A stretch of DNA of 64,000 nt from Thalia democratica (taxonomy: Eukaryota). Positions 41,201 to 56,200 of the stretch are shown one piece after another (the first letter of the stretch is position 1; each line of letters starts with the position of its first letter). Under the pieces are notes generated by a model. It made no database searches. It was not told the DNA's origin and saw only the letters and a program-made list of their open reading frames with translations. The stretch is from assembly GCA_965202585.1 (NCBI GenBank), contig OZ241834.1:31000001-31064000 (forward strand), written 5' to 3'. A program made the position numbers and the translations under genes.

Positions 41201-44200
41201 CCCCATCCAAGCTCTCATCCTCGTCTTTCACCCAAACAACGTCGGGTTGGGGGGAGCCGGACACTTTGGCGACGAGGCTCGTCTTCTTGCCGTGCGCGAC
41301 TTCGTTCAGCGGCGGGCTCTCGAACTCCACCGTCGGCTCGTACGGCACCAGCCTGAAGCGCACCGGGCCGCACACCTCGGACGGCTCGCTCAGCGCGCCC
41401 ACGCTGTTCCTCGCGCTCGCCCTGAACTCGTAGTCGAAGCCGTACACCAGCCCGGTGATCTCCTTCTCGCACTCCTGGTCGAAGTCGTAGTCGCAGTTGT
41501 TCCACGACCCCTTCGGCAGCTGTCGCTTCTCCAGCACGTAGTCGCGTATCGGGTGGCCCCCGTCCTTGTGGGGCGGCGACCACGCGACCAGTATCGAGCT
41601 GCCGGTGATCTGCAGGACGCGGAGGTCGGTGGGCGGTCCCACGGGCTCCATGGCGACAAAGTAGGCGCTGGGAGGGCTCGGGTTGCTGAAGCCCGCCTCG
41701 TTTTCGGCGACGACGCGCACCTGGTACTCCAACCCGTGGATGAGTTCTGCGTTTTATAATGTTAGAAATTTAGAAAAGCAAGTAGTTGTTAGATGAGTCA
41801 AAAGTTTATGGTTTTTTAAGTAATCATTTATTTCAGACAGATGTATTAAGAATAATTTAAAACTTAACAATCGGGACCGATACCTGAGTGAGAAAGTTGA
41901 AATTTACAAAAATTACAATACTTTACACTTTTCATCATACTGCATTATTTAATTTTTTTTCAGCTACAACAACAAACTTTTGATTTTGTACGAGCTCTTG
42001 GTGACGGGCCTGAAGTTGTCGCGCTGCCACAAGATGGTGCTCTTCTCCTTCCTCTCAACGTAGTAGCCTGTCACTTGAACGTTAGAGGGCGCTTCGTTCC
42101 ACGTCACTAACGCCCGCGAATCTTTCACGTTGCTGACAATCGGTCTTTCCGGGCTCGGCGGTGGGCCTTAAGTTTGTTTTTTAATTACTAAAATGACTGG
42201 TATTAATTGATAGAATACGGTATTTTGGAGCAATCTGGTTTAAAAAATGTTTTAAAGTGGTAATTCTACTTATAGTGCAGTAACTAAATGATTAAACTTT
42301 AAAGTTTCTGTAGGACACAAAAAATAAGTTTAACTTTACTTTCTTCTGAAACTTTTAAAACTTTGTTTTAAATCACGTTCATATTTTATTTAATAAAATT
42401 CTTTTAATTTTTCAATCAACTTACTGAATGAGTAATCAAGGTAGTGTGGTTTGGACACAAGAGGTTCACTTATGCCCATCGCATTTTCTGCCATTACCCT
42501 GAACAAGTATGTTGAGTGCCTTTTCAGTTTTGGAATCTGAAAGTTAACATTATTAGATACTTATCATTAGCACAAGTTTTATTATAATTATCTATTTTAT
42601 CTCTGTAGTTTTTCGTAACAAGTAGGTTTAATTGTTGTTTAATAGCTACTTATCATTAAACCAATTTAGTTTATGAAAATCTAGAATTTTTTTCAAACAT
42701 GTTGTGTAAGGCTTTATAGGTTATTTATATTTTGCGATGCATAAGTTCTATTTTCTGCGTGAGTTTTTGGATTATTGTTTGCTTATAAATAGACTTTTAT
42801 TTTTAATTTTGTTTCAGCGTAGTTTTATATTAACAAACCGCGTCGACTCACCTACTTGGGCTAGATTAATTTTTATGCATTCGTAATAGACAAGTTTAAT
42901 CTGTTCTATTACAACTCAGGTTATTTCTGAACTCATCCGTTACGATTTAGTTGTTGGTTATTATTAGTGATGTACCGGACCCGGATCCGAACTTTTTTTT
43001 CATATCAAGATCCGGCCGGATCCGGATATCAGACAAAATGGCAATATCCGGCCGGATCTAGGCCCGGATAGTTAGTCCGGTACATCATTAGTTATTATTT
43101 GCATATTTCGCGCCAACTCACCCTGTAGCTGATCTTAGAGGTGCAGGCGGTGACGCAGGTCCACGATTCGTTCTTGACGTCCCTGTACTCCACCACGTAC
43201 CCGATGATGTCGGTCCCCCCGTCGTCGAGGGGATTGGCCCACGCGATCGTGACCGAGCTGACGTCAGTTTTGAGCAGCCTGATTGGTCCGTAAGGCTGAG
43301 CTGGCACGTCTTGGGAAAAAGTTTATTTTTATTGAAGTCATTGGTTTTGTTGAGTTATAAAATGTCTTCTCATTTCTTGTTACTATTTTCTTGTAAAAAA
43401 ATTTATGGAAAACACGTATAATTAAAAAATTATAAAACTATTGATTCACTTGACGTTTTCATTTTGCTCTATTGTACTACAAACATACATGAAACGATTA
43501 CTTTAACATTTCAGTTTAACAATGTTTTTTTTTTCTATCAATACTTTTATTTTATTACAGCTTGATTCAGCTCTTACCGAGAACTTCGACGTGAATGCTG
43601 TACTCGTTAGTGCCGACGTCATTGGTCAGTTTTATTTTGTATTCACCAGTGTCGCTCCTTTGCACTTCGCTCATCGCTAGGTAGGCGTGAGTGCTTGTCG
43701 ATGACGTAAGCGCTCGTTTCACGTCTGAGAAGTTTTTTAAATGGTTTTAACGTCTTAAGCGTTTTGTTAGATTACACACGATGTGGTTTTTATATATCTA
43801 GTATTTAATATCTTGTTATGTTGCAAACAGCGTTCAACAAAACAACACGACGAGACTGTTTACTTGACTTGAAAATTTTATCAGACGTACGTTTCTATTT
43901 TCTATAAAATATATTCTAGCAATTAATCCTTTTACAAACTTATTTGTTTACTTTTTTTTGTAATTAGTTTAGATTAAAAAATAACTATTAAAAGCAAATT
44001 TTATAAACAAAAGCAAAAAAAAAAACCTTTGGCTAGGACATTTTTAACTGTCCAAGTAATCTTCGGCTTGGGATTTCCATAAATAGGTACGGTAATGTCT
44101 AATCTATTATTTTTCTTCAAAACTAATTTGCTCGATCCTGAAATATTTGCTGAAGGCGGCTCTGTGTTAATAAAAATGTAAAAATTAGAAATAAACACAA

Positions 44201-47200
44201 TCATTTTTACGACTGTATCTGTTTTAAATCTTTAAAGTCAAAGTTGTATACTGACATTTGTCTTTATTACAATAAATCTTAACCAAATTCAATCAACTCT
44301 AGATCTTATTAAATTTACAAAAACACTTGAAATCTGTTATAGTTAGTAATAAGTATATCAATTGACTTCGAATAAAGTTAATTTTTAATATTAATACATT
44401 TATTATAGTTCTTACCTCTGGCGTCCTTGGGAACAACGCTGAAACACGGCACGCTCGGTTCTCCGAGCCCCATTTCGTTCACCGCCCGCACCCGGATGTC
44501 GTACCTCGCCCCTTCTTCCAGTTCCTCCAAGGTGTACTTGAACACCGTCTCCAAGGTGCGCCCCTTCTCAACGAAGCTGTACTCGTCGCTAGGAGACGCC
44601 TCTATGACGTAGGCGTTGATGCGGCTGCCCCCGTTGTGCTTGGGCGCCTTCCAGCAAATCTTCACGCTCGTTTGTTTTATCTGGAAGGAATAAGTAGATA
44701 AACGTTTTAAAGGATATATGCGCTTATTAAAATTGTCTTATATTTTAGAAAACCTATATTTACTATTTCGAACATGTACAGTAGGTACAGTCTAATTTAT
44801 GTGTTAAACTCTTAAAAACTCGTAAAAATATATTTTTTGGTATTTAGTATTTTATTTATTTCCGAAGTAACTAATTAAAAGAGAACTCAAGGTTTTAGCA
44901 AACTTAAGAAAAACGTTGTTTGACATCATAGACAACAAAAAATTCTTCCAACTTTAGGCGAACCATCAAACTCACGTTGACAACTCCGACGTCCACCGGG
45001 CACGACGGCACCTGCGACGTCTTGACGTTCTCCGCGGTGACCCGGGGTTCCCCGCTTCCGTGCACGTTCACCGCCGTCACCCTGAACAAGTAGCGCTGCC
45101 CCTCGACCAGACCCGTGACCTTGTGCGAAGTTCGCGCGGACTCGACCGTCGACTTCATCCACCGCTGCGTGCTGACGTCACAATACTCCACGACGTATTT
45201 CTCCACGAGCGCGTACCCGTCCAAGCGCGGTTCGCTCCAGCTGAGCAGGACCGCGTCCAGCATTATTTCCTTGGCGTGGATGGGGCCCACCTGGCCGGGC
45301 GGACCGCACACCTTGGCGGTGAAGAAGAGCTGCTTGGACCCTACCTCGTTCTGCACGGTCAGCGAGTACTTGCCGCCGTCGCTTAACTTACACTGATTAA
45401 TCGTTAAAGTCGCCTGCGAGTCGGAAACCGTGACGACCGCGTCCTCGCTCAAAATTTCCTCGCCGACCCTGCTGAACTGCGCGTGCGGTTCCGGGTTTCC
45501 CCTGAAGTGCGCCTGGAACTGCAGTTTTCTTCCCGCGTGCACCTCAACGTACGGCTTGTGGTCGACGTCGATGAGGAACTGCGGCTCCTCCTTCTTCTCG
45601 GTGGGAGTGACCAGCTCTGCGCACATGCGCGGCTCGCTCTCTCCCGCCAAGTTCACCGACCTCACCCTGAACTCGTAGTCGCCCTTCTCCAGCTCGCCCA
45701 CAGTGTACTCCAGGTCCTCGACCAGCTCCTCGTTGGCTCGTTCCCACACCTCCTCGTCCGTCTTCGCGTCGAACTTGCTCTTCTCGACGACGTAGCCGAT
45801 CACCGGGCTGCCGTTGTCGTTCAGCGGCGCTTCCCACTGGAGCGTGACGGAATCGTTTGTCGTCTTGACAACCTTGACGACGAACGGGGGCGTCGGCGGG
45901 GTGGCCGGCTGTCGGCAGACGACCGGTTTCGATACCGGGCTTGCGACGCTCCTACCCGCCGCGTTCACCGCGTAGACCCTGAACTCGTACGACGATCCCT
46001 CGCTCAGACCGGTGACGCGGTACTGCAGGTCGTCGAACAGCTCTTCGTTGCACCTCGCCCATCGCGACCCGCTGTTCTTCAGCCGCTCGACGATGTAGCC
46101 CGTGATCCTGTTGCCTCCGTCGTTGGCTGGCCTTTCGAAGCCCACCGTGACCGAGTTGAAGTGGATCCTCACGGGTTTGGGTACTTCCGGCGCGTCGGGA
46201 GCCCTGAACTGGTGGCTTGCCCTCAGGTTGGCCGACTGGAGCGCGGCTCCCGTTCCGAACTTGTTCACGGCGAAAATCCTGAACACGTAAATGTTGTCCT
46301 TGATCAGCTTGATGACCTTGCAGTCGGTGCCGCCGCACTCCGCGTTGACGGTGGTCCAGCTCAGCCTGGACGTCTCGCACTTTTGCACGACGTAGTGCAA
46401 AATTTCCGCGCCGCCCACGTGCGCCGGTCTCCGCCACCTCAGCGTGCAGCTGGTGGCCGTGACGTCGTCGAAGGTCACGGGTCCCTGCGGCGCGCCCGGA
46501 GAGTCGAGGACGCTGACCCTGACTTCGGATTTGTCCTCGCCCTCGTCGTTGAATACTTTTAATTTGTAGGTTCCCGCGTCGGCGCGATTGACGTTCTCGA
46601 TTTCGATCGTCGAAGCCGTGCGCGACGTGACTATCTTGGCTCGCGCGTCCCTGCTCAAGTCCTTACCCGATTCGCTCGACCACTCGACCGTGGGTCGGGG
46701 AAGTCCCGCGATGACGGCGTTCAGCCTCAGCGTTTTTCCGCTGCCGACTTCCCTGACGGGCTTCTTTGCGTCGATGCCCTCTATGTGGCAGGTGGGGATT
46801 TCCCGCATCGTCTTCAGCCACACGGGCCCCAGAACCTGCGACGGGAATCCCAGCACCCCCATGGCGTTCCTCGCGGTGACCCTGAGCTCGTACGAAAATC
46901 CCCTGACCAGGTTCTCGATCAGGAACTCGCACTCGTCCACCGTCTCGTAGTTGCACCGGACCCAGAAGCCCATGGGGAGTTCCCTGCACTCCACCACGTA
47001 TGTGGCGATCCTGCTGCCGCCGTCGCACTCTGGCGGCTGCCACTCGACCAGCATGCCGTTGTTGACGATCTCGACCAGCTTGAGGTTGAGCGGCGGTCCC
47101 ACGGCGGTGATCGCGGTGAAGGTCTTGGACACCTCGGACGGGATCGACTCACCGGCGTCGTTCACGGCCACGACTCGGATCTGGTACTGCAGGCCGTGCT

Positions 47201-50200
47201 GCAATCCTGTGTGAGGTGAAAGTTTAGGTAAAGTGAAGTTTTTCCTTCATCTATCTTAAACTGCTCGCGTGTTTCACTTTAAAATTCTAGAAGCTTTTAA
47301 ACATCGTTACTTTAAAAACATTGTTTTAGTTTTAGTTTTTAATTTCCAAAAATAGAACTGTCTGTCCATCAAAGCTTAAAACCAAGTCTTAAAATGAAGT
47401 TCAAAATCATTATAATACACGAGTCGTCAATAGATTTTTAACTTTGTTTAAATTTCACCTTTAAGCTTGTAAGTGGTGGCGACGAATACGTTCTTGTTGC
47501 TCCTCGTCCAAGTGATGGAGTTCTTCTCCTTGTACTCGACGTGGTACCCCGTGACGGGCACGTCGGACTTCAGCGGTTGCCAGGTTACCTGGACGGACCT
47601 GGCCGTTACCTGGTCAACAGACGGACGGTTTGGCTGGGGTGGAACAGCTGGAAAAAATATGTTCGTTTTACTAAAAGTTTATTTTTTAATTGTTCTGTTT
47701 TTAATATTGTTAAACTTAGTATTAATAAAAATCATTATTTTTTTTTATACATCCAGCTGGGCAAAAATTAAAAAATAATTACTTTATCTAAAACTGTCTA
47801 TATTTTTTTATTTTTGAAGGGCAAAATTTTAACTATCTATTATCTTTATAAAACAAGTATACACTTTTTGGACAACCAGGTCAACTTATGCTTATAATTT
47901 GATTAGTTGTTTGTTTTATTTAAACTTGAGAAACAATCATAAATCTCTATACTCTAACTATTTTTATATACTAATATTTTCACTATAAAAAACTAACAGT
48001 AAGCGTAGTTAGCAGTGACGCGTTTCGAAACGACTGCTTTCGAAACGCCCATTATGTTTTCCGCCATGACGCGGAACTGATAAGAGTGAAGTTTTTCCAA
48101 GTTGTTCACCTGTTATTTGTTTATTCAAAGTTTCCGTTTTGCATTGTTTGTTTTCAAAGAAATTAAAAAACAAAGACCATGATGTTTCCGGTCATAGTAA
48201 AAGAAAATACATTTTTTTTTTAATTAATTTATATAAACTTACATTTTGTTTTTCATCTGCTGCTTATTTTTATTTATTAAAATAGTTTGATATTTTTAAA
48301 AAGCAATTTTTAAGAAATTTTTACAAAAAATTTATGAAAATATTTTTCAGTCAGTACATCAATGAAACACAGCAAAATAAAAACTCATCGCACCTTGATG
48401 GTGCACTTGGCCGTGCACGAGTTGACGGTGGACCAGGACATGTTGCCCACCTCCTTGTAGTCGACCACGTACCCCGTGATGTCGGTCCCCCCGTTGTCCT
48501 TGGGCCGTTGCCATGCCAACGAAACGGAGGTGGCGTCCACCGAAACTATTTGAAGCTGGCTCGGCTTGCCAGGCACGTCTGTTGAGAATGTTTTTGTGTG
48601 AATTAGTCATAGGATTTTTTTTACAAAGTGCAACGTCTTGAAGTTGCTGGAAATATTAGTTTGTGTTTGTATTAAGAGAAAAAATTGTAAAAGTTATCTA
48701 ATAAAGTAAAAACTGCTTAACTGTAGAATAATTTTATAGTAAAATAACTTAAAAAACCGTTTTTAATCAGTCACGCACAAAAAATAAAAGTTTTTAGGTC
48801 GCTACACTTTTATGGCTTTGCAAATCAAAAAGACCATAGTGCTTTGATTAATTTGAAAAATACTATTGACACTACAAAAACGTATTAGAAATTCATTTTT
48901 TGACTTAAAATAAAAATACGTTTTTTGCTTAAAACTCTTTTCATTGAAAATGTCCCTGATGATTATTTTACTTAGCATTTAATTTTTTTACATTAATGTT
49001 TTACCTTCTGAATTTTTCTTATAACTCTTTTAAGATACAAGTAAACAAAAAAATATACTGATATATTGGTTTTTTTACTAACTGGCTATTCAAATTAAAG
49101 TTTAATATTAAATGAAAATACGTTTGAAATATCAAGGAACAATATAATAAAGTTAGCTAACAAAAGTACTAATCCTTGTAGTTAATGATTCTCTATCTTT
49201 AGAAATCTATCTTTTCTAATACATAAACTAACCAAATAATACTTAAAACAACATTTTGTTATTAAGTTGTAATAACTAGATCTACATACAAAATAAACTC
49301 TTAAGCAAGAAACTATTGAAATATTTTTAATTTTTTCAAAGGTGGATTTGTCAAAGTAATTTTAAAGTATTCAATATACGTTAAAACTAAATATCAGTTT
49401 GCAGATAAAATCAAAAAAATTATGCAGATTTTTATGCTTATTCTGCATAATTTTGGGACGATTTTAATTAGTTAGCCATTTTATTAAAGTCTTATCTTAA
49501 ACATGTTTTTAAAGTTTCATTCTTTTAATTGTAAAAAGAATCTTATGTGTAACAGCTTATGTAACCGGCATGGTTCATAATGTTTCAATGTTAAAAGTAT
49601 TTTTGCTTAACAATGCATAAATCAATTAAACTTTTTTTCTTTAACTTGTTAAATTAATTCAGTTGAAGGAGTTAATAACTTTTTTCTAGTTTTGATAAGT
49701 AAAGATATTGCTATATACTTTGATATTAAATAGAAAATTTTTATCGTTGTCGACCTCAATGCTTATCTATCTACCTTTAAAAATTAATATGTTAAAGTGT
49801 TCTCAAATATGAGTCAGGGTATTAAGAATAGCTAGTATTTTTAGTGTTAGGTTATAAGGTAAATTTAAAAATATTCACTGAAATATGTTTATACTGCATA
49901 GAAGAGTAGGTTATGATGTAAATATTTTTAATAACGTGCTTGATTTATCATACGGAGTATTAAAGTTATTTGTTATAGTTTTAAAATGTTTTTAATCAAA
50001 ATACAATCAGGTACAGAAATAGATGCCTTACTTGAACTAAAAAAAAAGTTTAACTAGTTTTAATATGTGCATAGTTTTTAAAACTACAGTATTAGACTAC
50101 TTAGAATTTTTTCAAATGGGGTCAGTAATTATTTTCAAAAACACCCTTGTATTCGAAACCTGCTATTAACTACTAACGCTTCATCTAGTTAGTCAGCATT

Positions 50201-53200
50201 ATAAATAATCGTTATAAGTTTTTTACTTGGAAACGTAAAATAATTTGACTTTGGATTGTGTGAAAGTTTTCAGAATAGAGTAACTATTCACTACGTAACT
50301 GTATGACCTGCACTATAGACTGGTGTTTCTAAACGTGTGTAAGTATATTGTAACGTGCGAAGGAAATAATTTATTATAAACAACTACAACTAAACATATA
50401 AAAGGGGATAATTAATTTCGTATAAGTTAATTTATTGGCTAATGTCTAGTGTATACCATATTATTTCACCAAGTTGTTGTGTAAACTTCTATATAGAGAA
50501 CCACTGAAATACAGTGTATAAAACGTATCTAATTCTAAAGAAAATACTTAGTAACGTTTAAAGTTATTAAAAGTAGGGTAGATTAAAAACTAGACTAAGT
50601 GTTTTAATTGGATAAAACTTAGTTATAAAACGTCTAAAACAACCTTAAATGCTAGACAATGGAATACAAATTACTTCGTATATTTTTTATTCTAAATTAT
50701 TTTAAACCAGTTTTACCCAAACTCATTTTCATAAATGCCCATTTACTAACTATTGGCCCTTAATAGTCAAAATTGAACCATATTGGCCATAAACTTTGGG
50801 AAACCCTTACAAGAGCCCATCAAGGTTAAATAAAAATGAAAACTTTTCTTTACTTTTAAAATATTAGTTTTACACAAAAAGGGTGTATACTACTATGTTA
50901 TCGATTGAAAACATAATCGCAAATTAATAAAAAGATCTTAGTCTTTATTTAATTAACTGCACTATGTTGTCTAAATATAGGATTTTACGAAAATTCTAGA
51001 CTTAACTTAACACTGTAATGAAATGAATAAATTATCTTAATTTGTAATTAGCTTTCTTAATTTTACTGTTTGTTGCATGATATTATCTCGTTGTGTTAAA
51101 CTTCATCTGTTTAAAGAGATTTTAGTATTTAAGCCTTAATATGTCTTTAACTTTTACTTTTATGAATTAAAAAGTTTTTAGTGATTGTAGGTATTTTATA
51201 ACTAAGTAGTATTCATGATTTATGATTAAGTAGTAGTCATTAGTTTGAATAGAGGATAACAATATTTGTTATAAAAATGGAGTCAATCAAATTAAGAGTT
51301 AAGTCTTTAAATTTTACATCGACGTTTGAATTCCAGTGTTATGGTAGTAAGTTTAAACCTGGCAGTTTTTATACGAGTGTACACATAAACTTTAAATATA
51401 GTAAAAGCGTATCTAAAGCAAGATTGAACTATTTTTAAATTTGTTTTTAAAAGCTAATAGGTCGTACTTAATGACAAGTTTGAATTAGTAATTTTCAAAC
51501 TTATGGACATTATAATGAAAAATTTTCGTAGCAAAGGTGTGTGTACTAGGCTTTTAACATGTTTTGTTCTTCACTTATTGACTGTGCTTCGATTTTGAAA
51601 AATTAAAAAACTAAATATGACAAACAGGAAGGTAAGGTTTGGTCTTAAGCAACACATTTAAAAACTTTGCCAATGTGTTTTAAAGTAATGTATAAAACAT
51701 AAAAAGCTATGCAGGTTTTTATTTTATTTACATACTTATTTTGTGTAGTGTTTTTTAAAGTATTCAATTTACAATTCAATAAATTTTTAACCTGCTAATT
51801 CTAAAAGGAAAATTATTAAGAATTTTATCAAAGTTATGATTTTATATTTGTTGTTTAAACTATTTTCAAAAACGTTTATAGTATATAACTTTTAAGTAAA
51901 ATGTTATAGTATTGCTTTTGAAAAGCTTTAAAAACGCTAAGAAAGAATGAAAGAGTTGTTCTTTGAAACTGTATGTTAGTTGGAATGATATCTTGTATCA
52001 ATAAAAGAAATTAAAAAGATAATTAGGAATAAATCTAGTGCAGTAACATAAGTGTATTAGCTTAAAGGGCGTTGAAGTTTTTAACCACTAAAACAGTACA
52101 CAATATTTTAGCAATGTTGAAATATTTGTAGTTGAGTTAAAGCAAAATTTCAGTGGATTTTAATTTTGTACAATTATTAGTGTCATTTTAAAATTTAGTT
52201 TTAACCTAGGTATTTAAACTCAGCCAATTAGAAATTGCAAAAAATCTACTTGTTTTTGTTTAAACTTTAATGTGTCAATACTGTTACACTGACGTAGTAG
52301 TCAACTATTACCAACAAGTTTGTAAAAATCTGTATAAATACGTGTTCTTGTGATCTTATGTTTTTATGTGGTAAAAATATTTGCCTTTATTACATTTAAT
52401 GTTTGATTTGTTTCTTATCTAAAATTAATCTTAGCAGAATGTTCATATTAAAACAAAACGGAGAAAAATAAAAATACAGTAAAAATTGTATCTCGATAAA
52501 AAACTATTGGAAGTTATTACTTTCATAGTAGCATATTGTTTTAAAATTTTTAAAGGTTTTGTACTAGTTTAGATACTTGATGAAAAAAATTTATAAAACT
52601 TTGCTAAATTTAAAGCTCAACTAAGGCATAGTTTTGCTTTAAAAAAGGTTATTTTTTGTTCCACGTTTTTACTCGTTCGTTCGTAACAATTAAAGACTGA
52701 AACTTTACATAGCGTTTTTTGGCTTAAAGTTGTGATAAAAGTAAGTCTAGTTCGATACTTTTGTTATTTGACATGACTGAAAAAGCTTGTATCCTTATTG
52801 AATGGTTTTTCAACTGTGTAAGCAAGTTTTTTATCAACACTTTTTTATTAATAAAGTTATTTAACTTAAGATTATATTCAAATTTTGACCCAACAGCACT
52901 AAAGCCTGCAATTATTTTTTGTTGGAAAAAGTTTTTTCAAATTGAAGTCACAAGGCAACATTAAAGTATAAGTTTTTATTTTATGCAGGTTAATATTGTT
53001 TTCAGTTTTAAATGTCTTAAAAAACTCTTATTTAAAAAATAATGTAAAATTAAGGCAAAATTGGTACAGTTTTGCTATACTTTTAATAATGTTATTGATT
53101 AACAGTTTATTAAATTAGTGTAAGCTGATAATAATATAATACTAAAATAATTTTGCACAGTTTTTAGCAGCTAAACATACTATATACAACCTATTTTTTA

Positions 53201-56200
53201 TAAATTAATTAGGTAATTTTAAATTTGTAGATGCGTTGTTTGGTCATAACACTAAAGTTTTTAAATATACGTACTTAATTAGGGTACTTTAGAATTTGTC
53301 TCTAAGCTAAAGTGATTTGTCTTAATTGATATTTTTCACTTGTGTGATATTCCTATAAATAACTTACTAATTCCTACATCAAAGGATATGAAAGCTGGTT
53401 AATAAGTGTAAGGTTATAAATGTAGTAGATGATGTAGATGTAATCCTTACCTTAATACTAAATTCTTACAGTATGCTATAATTACTATTTTCGTAACAGT
53501 GTCGGTCTCTTGAAACTTAATTATGTAACTTTCATTAGTCAATAGACTTTTAGTTTCCTAAAATTAACAGCATAACTTTGTCTAAAAGCTTTAAAATTCA
53601 TAATGTTTTGTTAAACTGTACAATAAGTTTAAGATAGTTTAGTTTTTTTTTTGTAACTTTAAAAGAAACTTTAAAATCAACATACTTTATGTGTTATAAA
53701 TGTATTAAAAAATATTTTCACTATGATCTTATAAGTAAAAAGTTTAATCTAGTTTTTTTCATGATTTTAGATATTCAAAGTATTCTTAGTAAAATATATG
53801 TTTTCTACTTCACTCTAGTTTTTATTTCTGACTAGCAAAAATACACTGAACATAATGTTTAAGTACAGAGTTGTTTGGTTAAGACAAGTAGTTTTAACCA
53901 TAAAAAAGAAAACGTAAACATTCAAATGGTATTGTCTTAAGGGTTTTAACCTAACTAAAAATTATTTTAAATATGTTCTTAGTTTACACACCAACTTTAT
54001 TTTTTACTTTTAAATCTTAAGTTCAGTTTAATTTGTTTTAAATCTCTATATTTTTTAGGACTTAAAAAAACTTGATAGTTTATCTTACTTCTAAGCATAA
54101 TTTGACTTATTTTTATCTTGCAACCCAATTTAAATTATTAAATTTTGCATCTCATCTATTCATGCTTAAAAGTAAATAGTTTAAAAAAATTTTAATAAAC
54201 ATTAGTGTAAAACCTTTTTGATTTTGGTGACCATGGAAACCGTCCGGCAGGTTATCATATCAAGTGCACTTATGAGTTACAATTAATTAAAAAAATATTT
54301 AAAAAGTGTGTCTTTTGCTTGGAAAGGTGTGCACTGTTACCACTCGAAAGCTGCTGCTGCGGACGACTTACCATGGTCACCCGTTACTAATTATTTTTTA
54401 TCTAGGCAGCTAGTTGTGATTAAATAAAAAGAAACAGTGCAAGTGCTTTTGGTAAGCCGTCCTCAGGCGAACTTGTTGTGGTTTATTGTCAGTACAAGTG
54501 AACGCAAACAAAAAAAACAAAATTTTGCATATATATATATATAAGGTAAAAGACAGTGTTTATCGTGTGGAGCGCCGTAAAATCCGACGGAAATTTAAAC
54601 TCAAACAGCATTCCGTGATAAAAATAAATAAAAAGTATTAAAAAAAAAAAGGCTGACTAAATTAAAAAGACATACGTGCTGCCCTGAATTAAAACAAAAT
54701 AAAAACTCTCATGCAAATAGAATGCTTGTTTTCGTTCAAATTTCCCGCCAAATTGTTTTTACGCGCGCTTTGACATACCGAGCACGTCGACTTGCAGCTG
54801 CCCGTGGGCCGAACCCTTTTTGTTGGTGGCCACCAAGTGGTAGTTTCCGCTGTCCTTTCTCGTCACCCGCGACTTCTGAACGGTCGAGATCGAATTTGCA
54901 GTTGAAATGCGAACCTCGTCGTCATCTGAAAAAGCGATGTGTTTTAGTTGAAAAAAAAGTAAAACAAACTTAAAGTATGCAAGGCCTTGCAACGAAGTTT
55001 GATTGCTTGTACGAAATTAAATCAAAAATCTGTATTTTAATTTATTCTTACGATTCTTTACACTCACCATCCAAGTCTCTGCCTGACGCCTCCCACTTGA
55101 CTTCGGGTTTGGGTTTGCCTTCCACCGCCACGCTAACGTCCAACTTGGCTCCGGCCTTCAGCAAGATCCGCTTCAAGCCCCGCATGTTGACCGTCGGCGC
55201 TTCTGCTCAATGAAAATTGTTCAGTTAAACAAACTGTTTGTTTAAAAGTCAATAAATAAATTTATACATAACTGTAGTTAAAATTTATTTATTTAGATAA
55301 AGTTTTGGCTTCAAATCATTTTATAGCATATTTTAGTTAGAGGCTTTTGTTTTTCAGAATACCAATAAGGATACTAACCAGAGTCGTCGAAGGTCTTCAC
55401 TCCGATCAGCGGTCTGCTCGGCTCGCCGTCGCCGATCGAGTTCACGGCAATCACCCTGACGTCGTAGCGGGAGTTTTCGACGAGGTCCGTCACGGTGCAC
55501 TGGAAGGTGTTTTCCCTGACCTGAGCCTTGGTCACCCACTCTTCCAGGGTGGTTGGCGACACTTGCACGATGTAGGAGGTTATCTTGCTGCCTCCGTCGT
55601 GCTCCGGACGCTTCCAACACACTTTGATTGTGGTCAGAGAAACCTGAGAAAGACATTCTTTTGAAATAATATCTAAAACTATCTGATTTTTTTAGTCATA
55701 AACATATTAATCACTTTTAAATTCGAACAATTTTTTAAAAATCTACTGCGGCAAAAACGGCAAGTTTTTTAATATTGTGCAAATCAGAATAACAGTCATT
55801 AGCGAGTGCATATTTTTCAACTCGAAACAAACCTCGATCAGTTCGAGGTAGACTGGCGGATACGGCACCTGGGTGGCTTTCACTATCTCGCTTTCGCGGC
55901 TCACCCCCTGCCCGTACTCGTTGACGGCGGTGACGCGGAACACGTAGCTCTTGCCCTCTTCCAGCTCCGTCGCCTTGTAAAAGGTCCTGGCGCAGTCCTG
56001 GCATATCTTGGTGTACCTGCTGCTCGAAGCCTCGCGCTTCTCCACGACGTACTCGCTCACCGCCGAGCAGCCGTCCATGTCCGGCTCGGTCCAGTGGACC
56101 ACCACCGAGTCGATCTTGACCTCCTTGCAAACGATGGGTCCGACGTGGCCCGGGGTGGCAAAGACTTTCACCGAGTAGGTGATCTTCTTCATGCCCAACT

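Noticed and set aside
48020-48048. Palindrome cgtttcgaaacg with a near-duplicate
   Set aside because: Lies inside a coding exon (VSKAVVSKRV) and is explained by a repeated dipeptide; too short to imply a structure.
48579-54200. Possible nested gene in the 6.2-kb intron (including ORF 52761..52964)
   Set aside because: Extremely AT-rich with only a low-complexity short ORF; no exon-like composition or recognisable motif.
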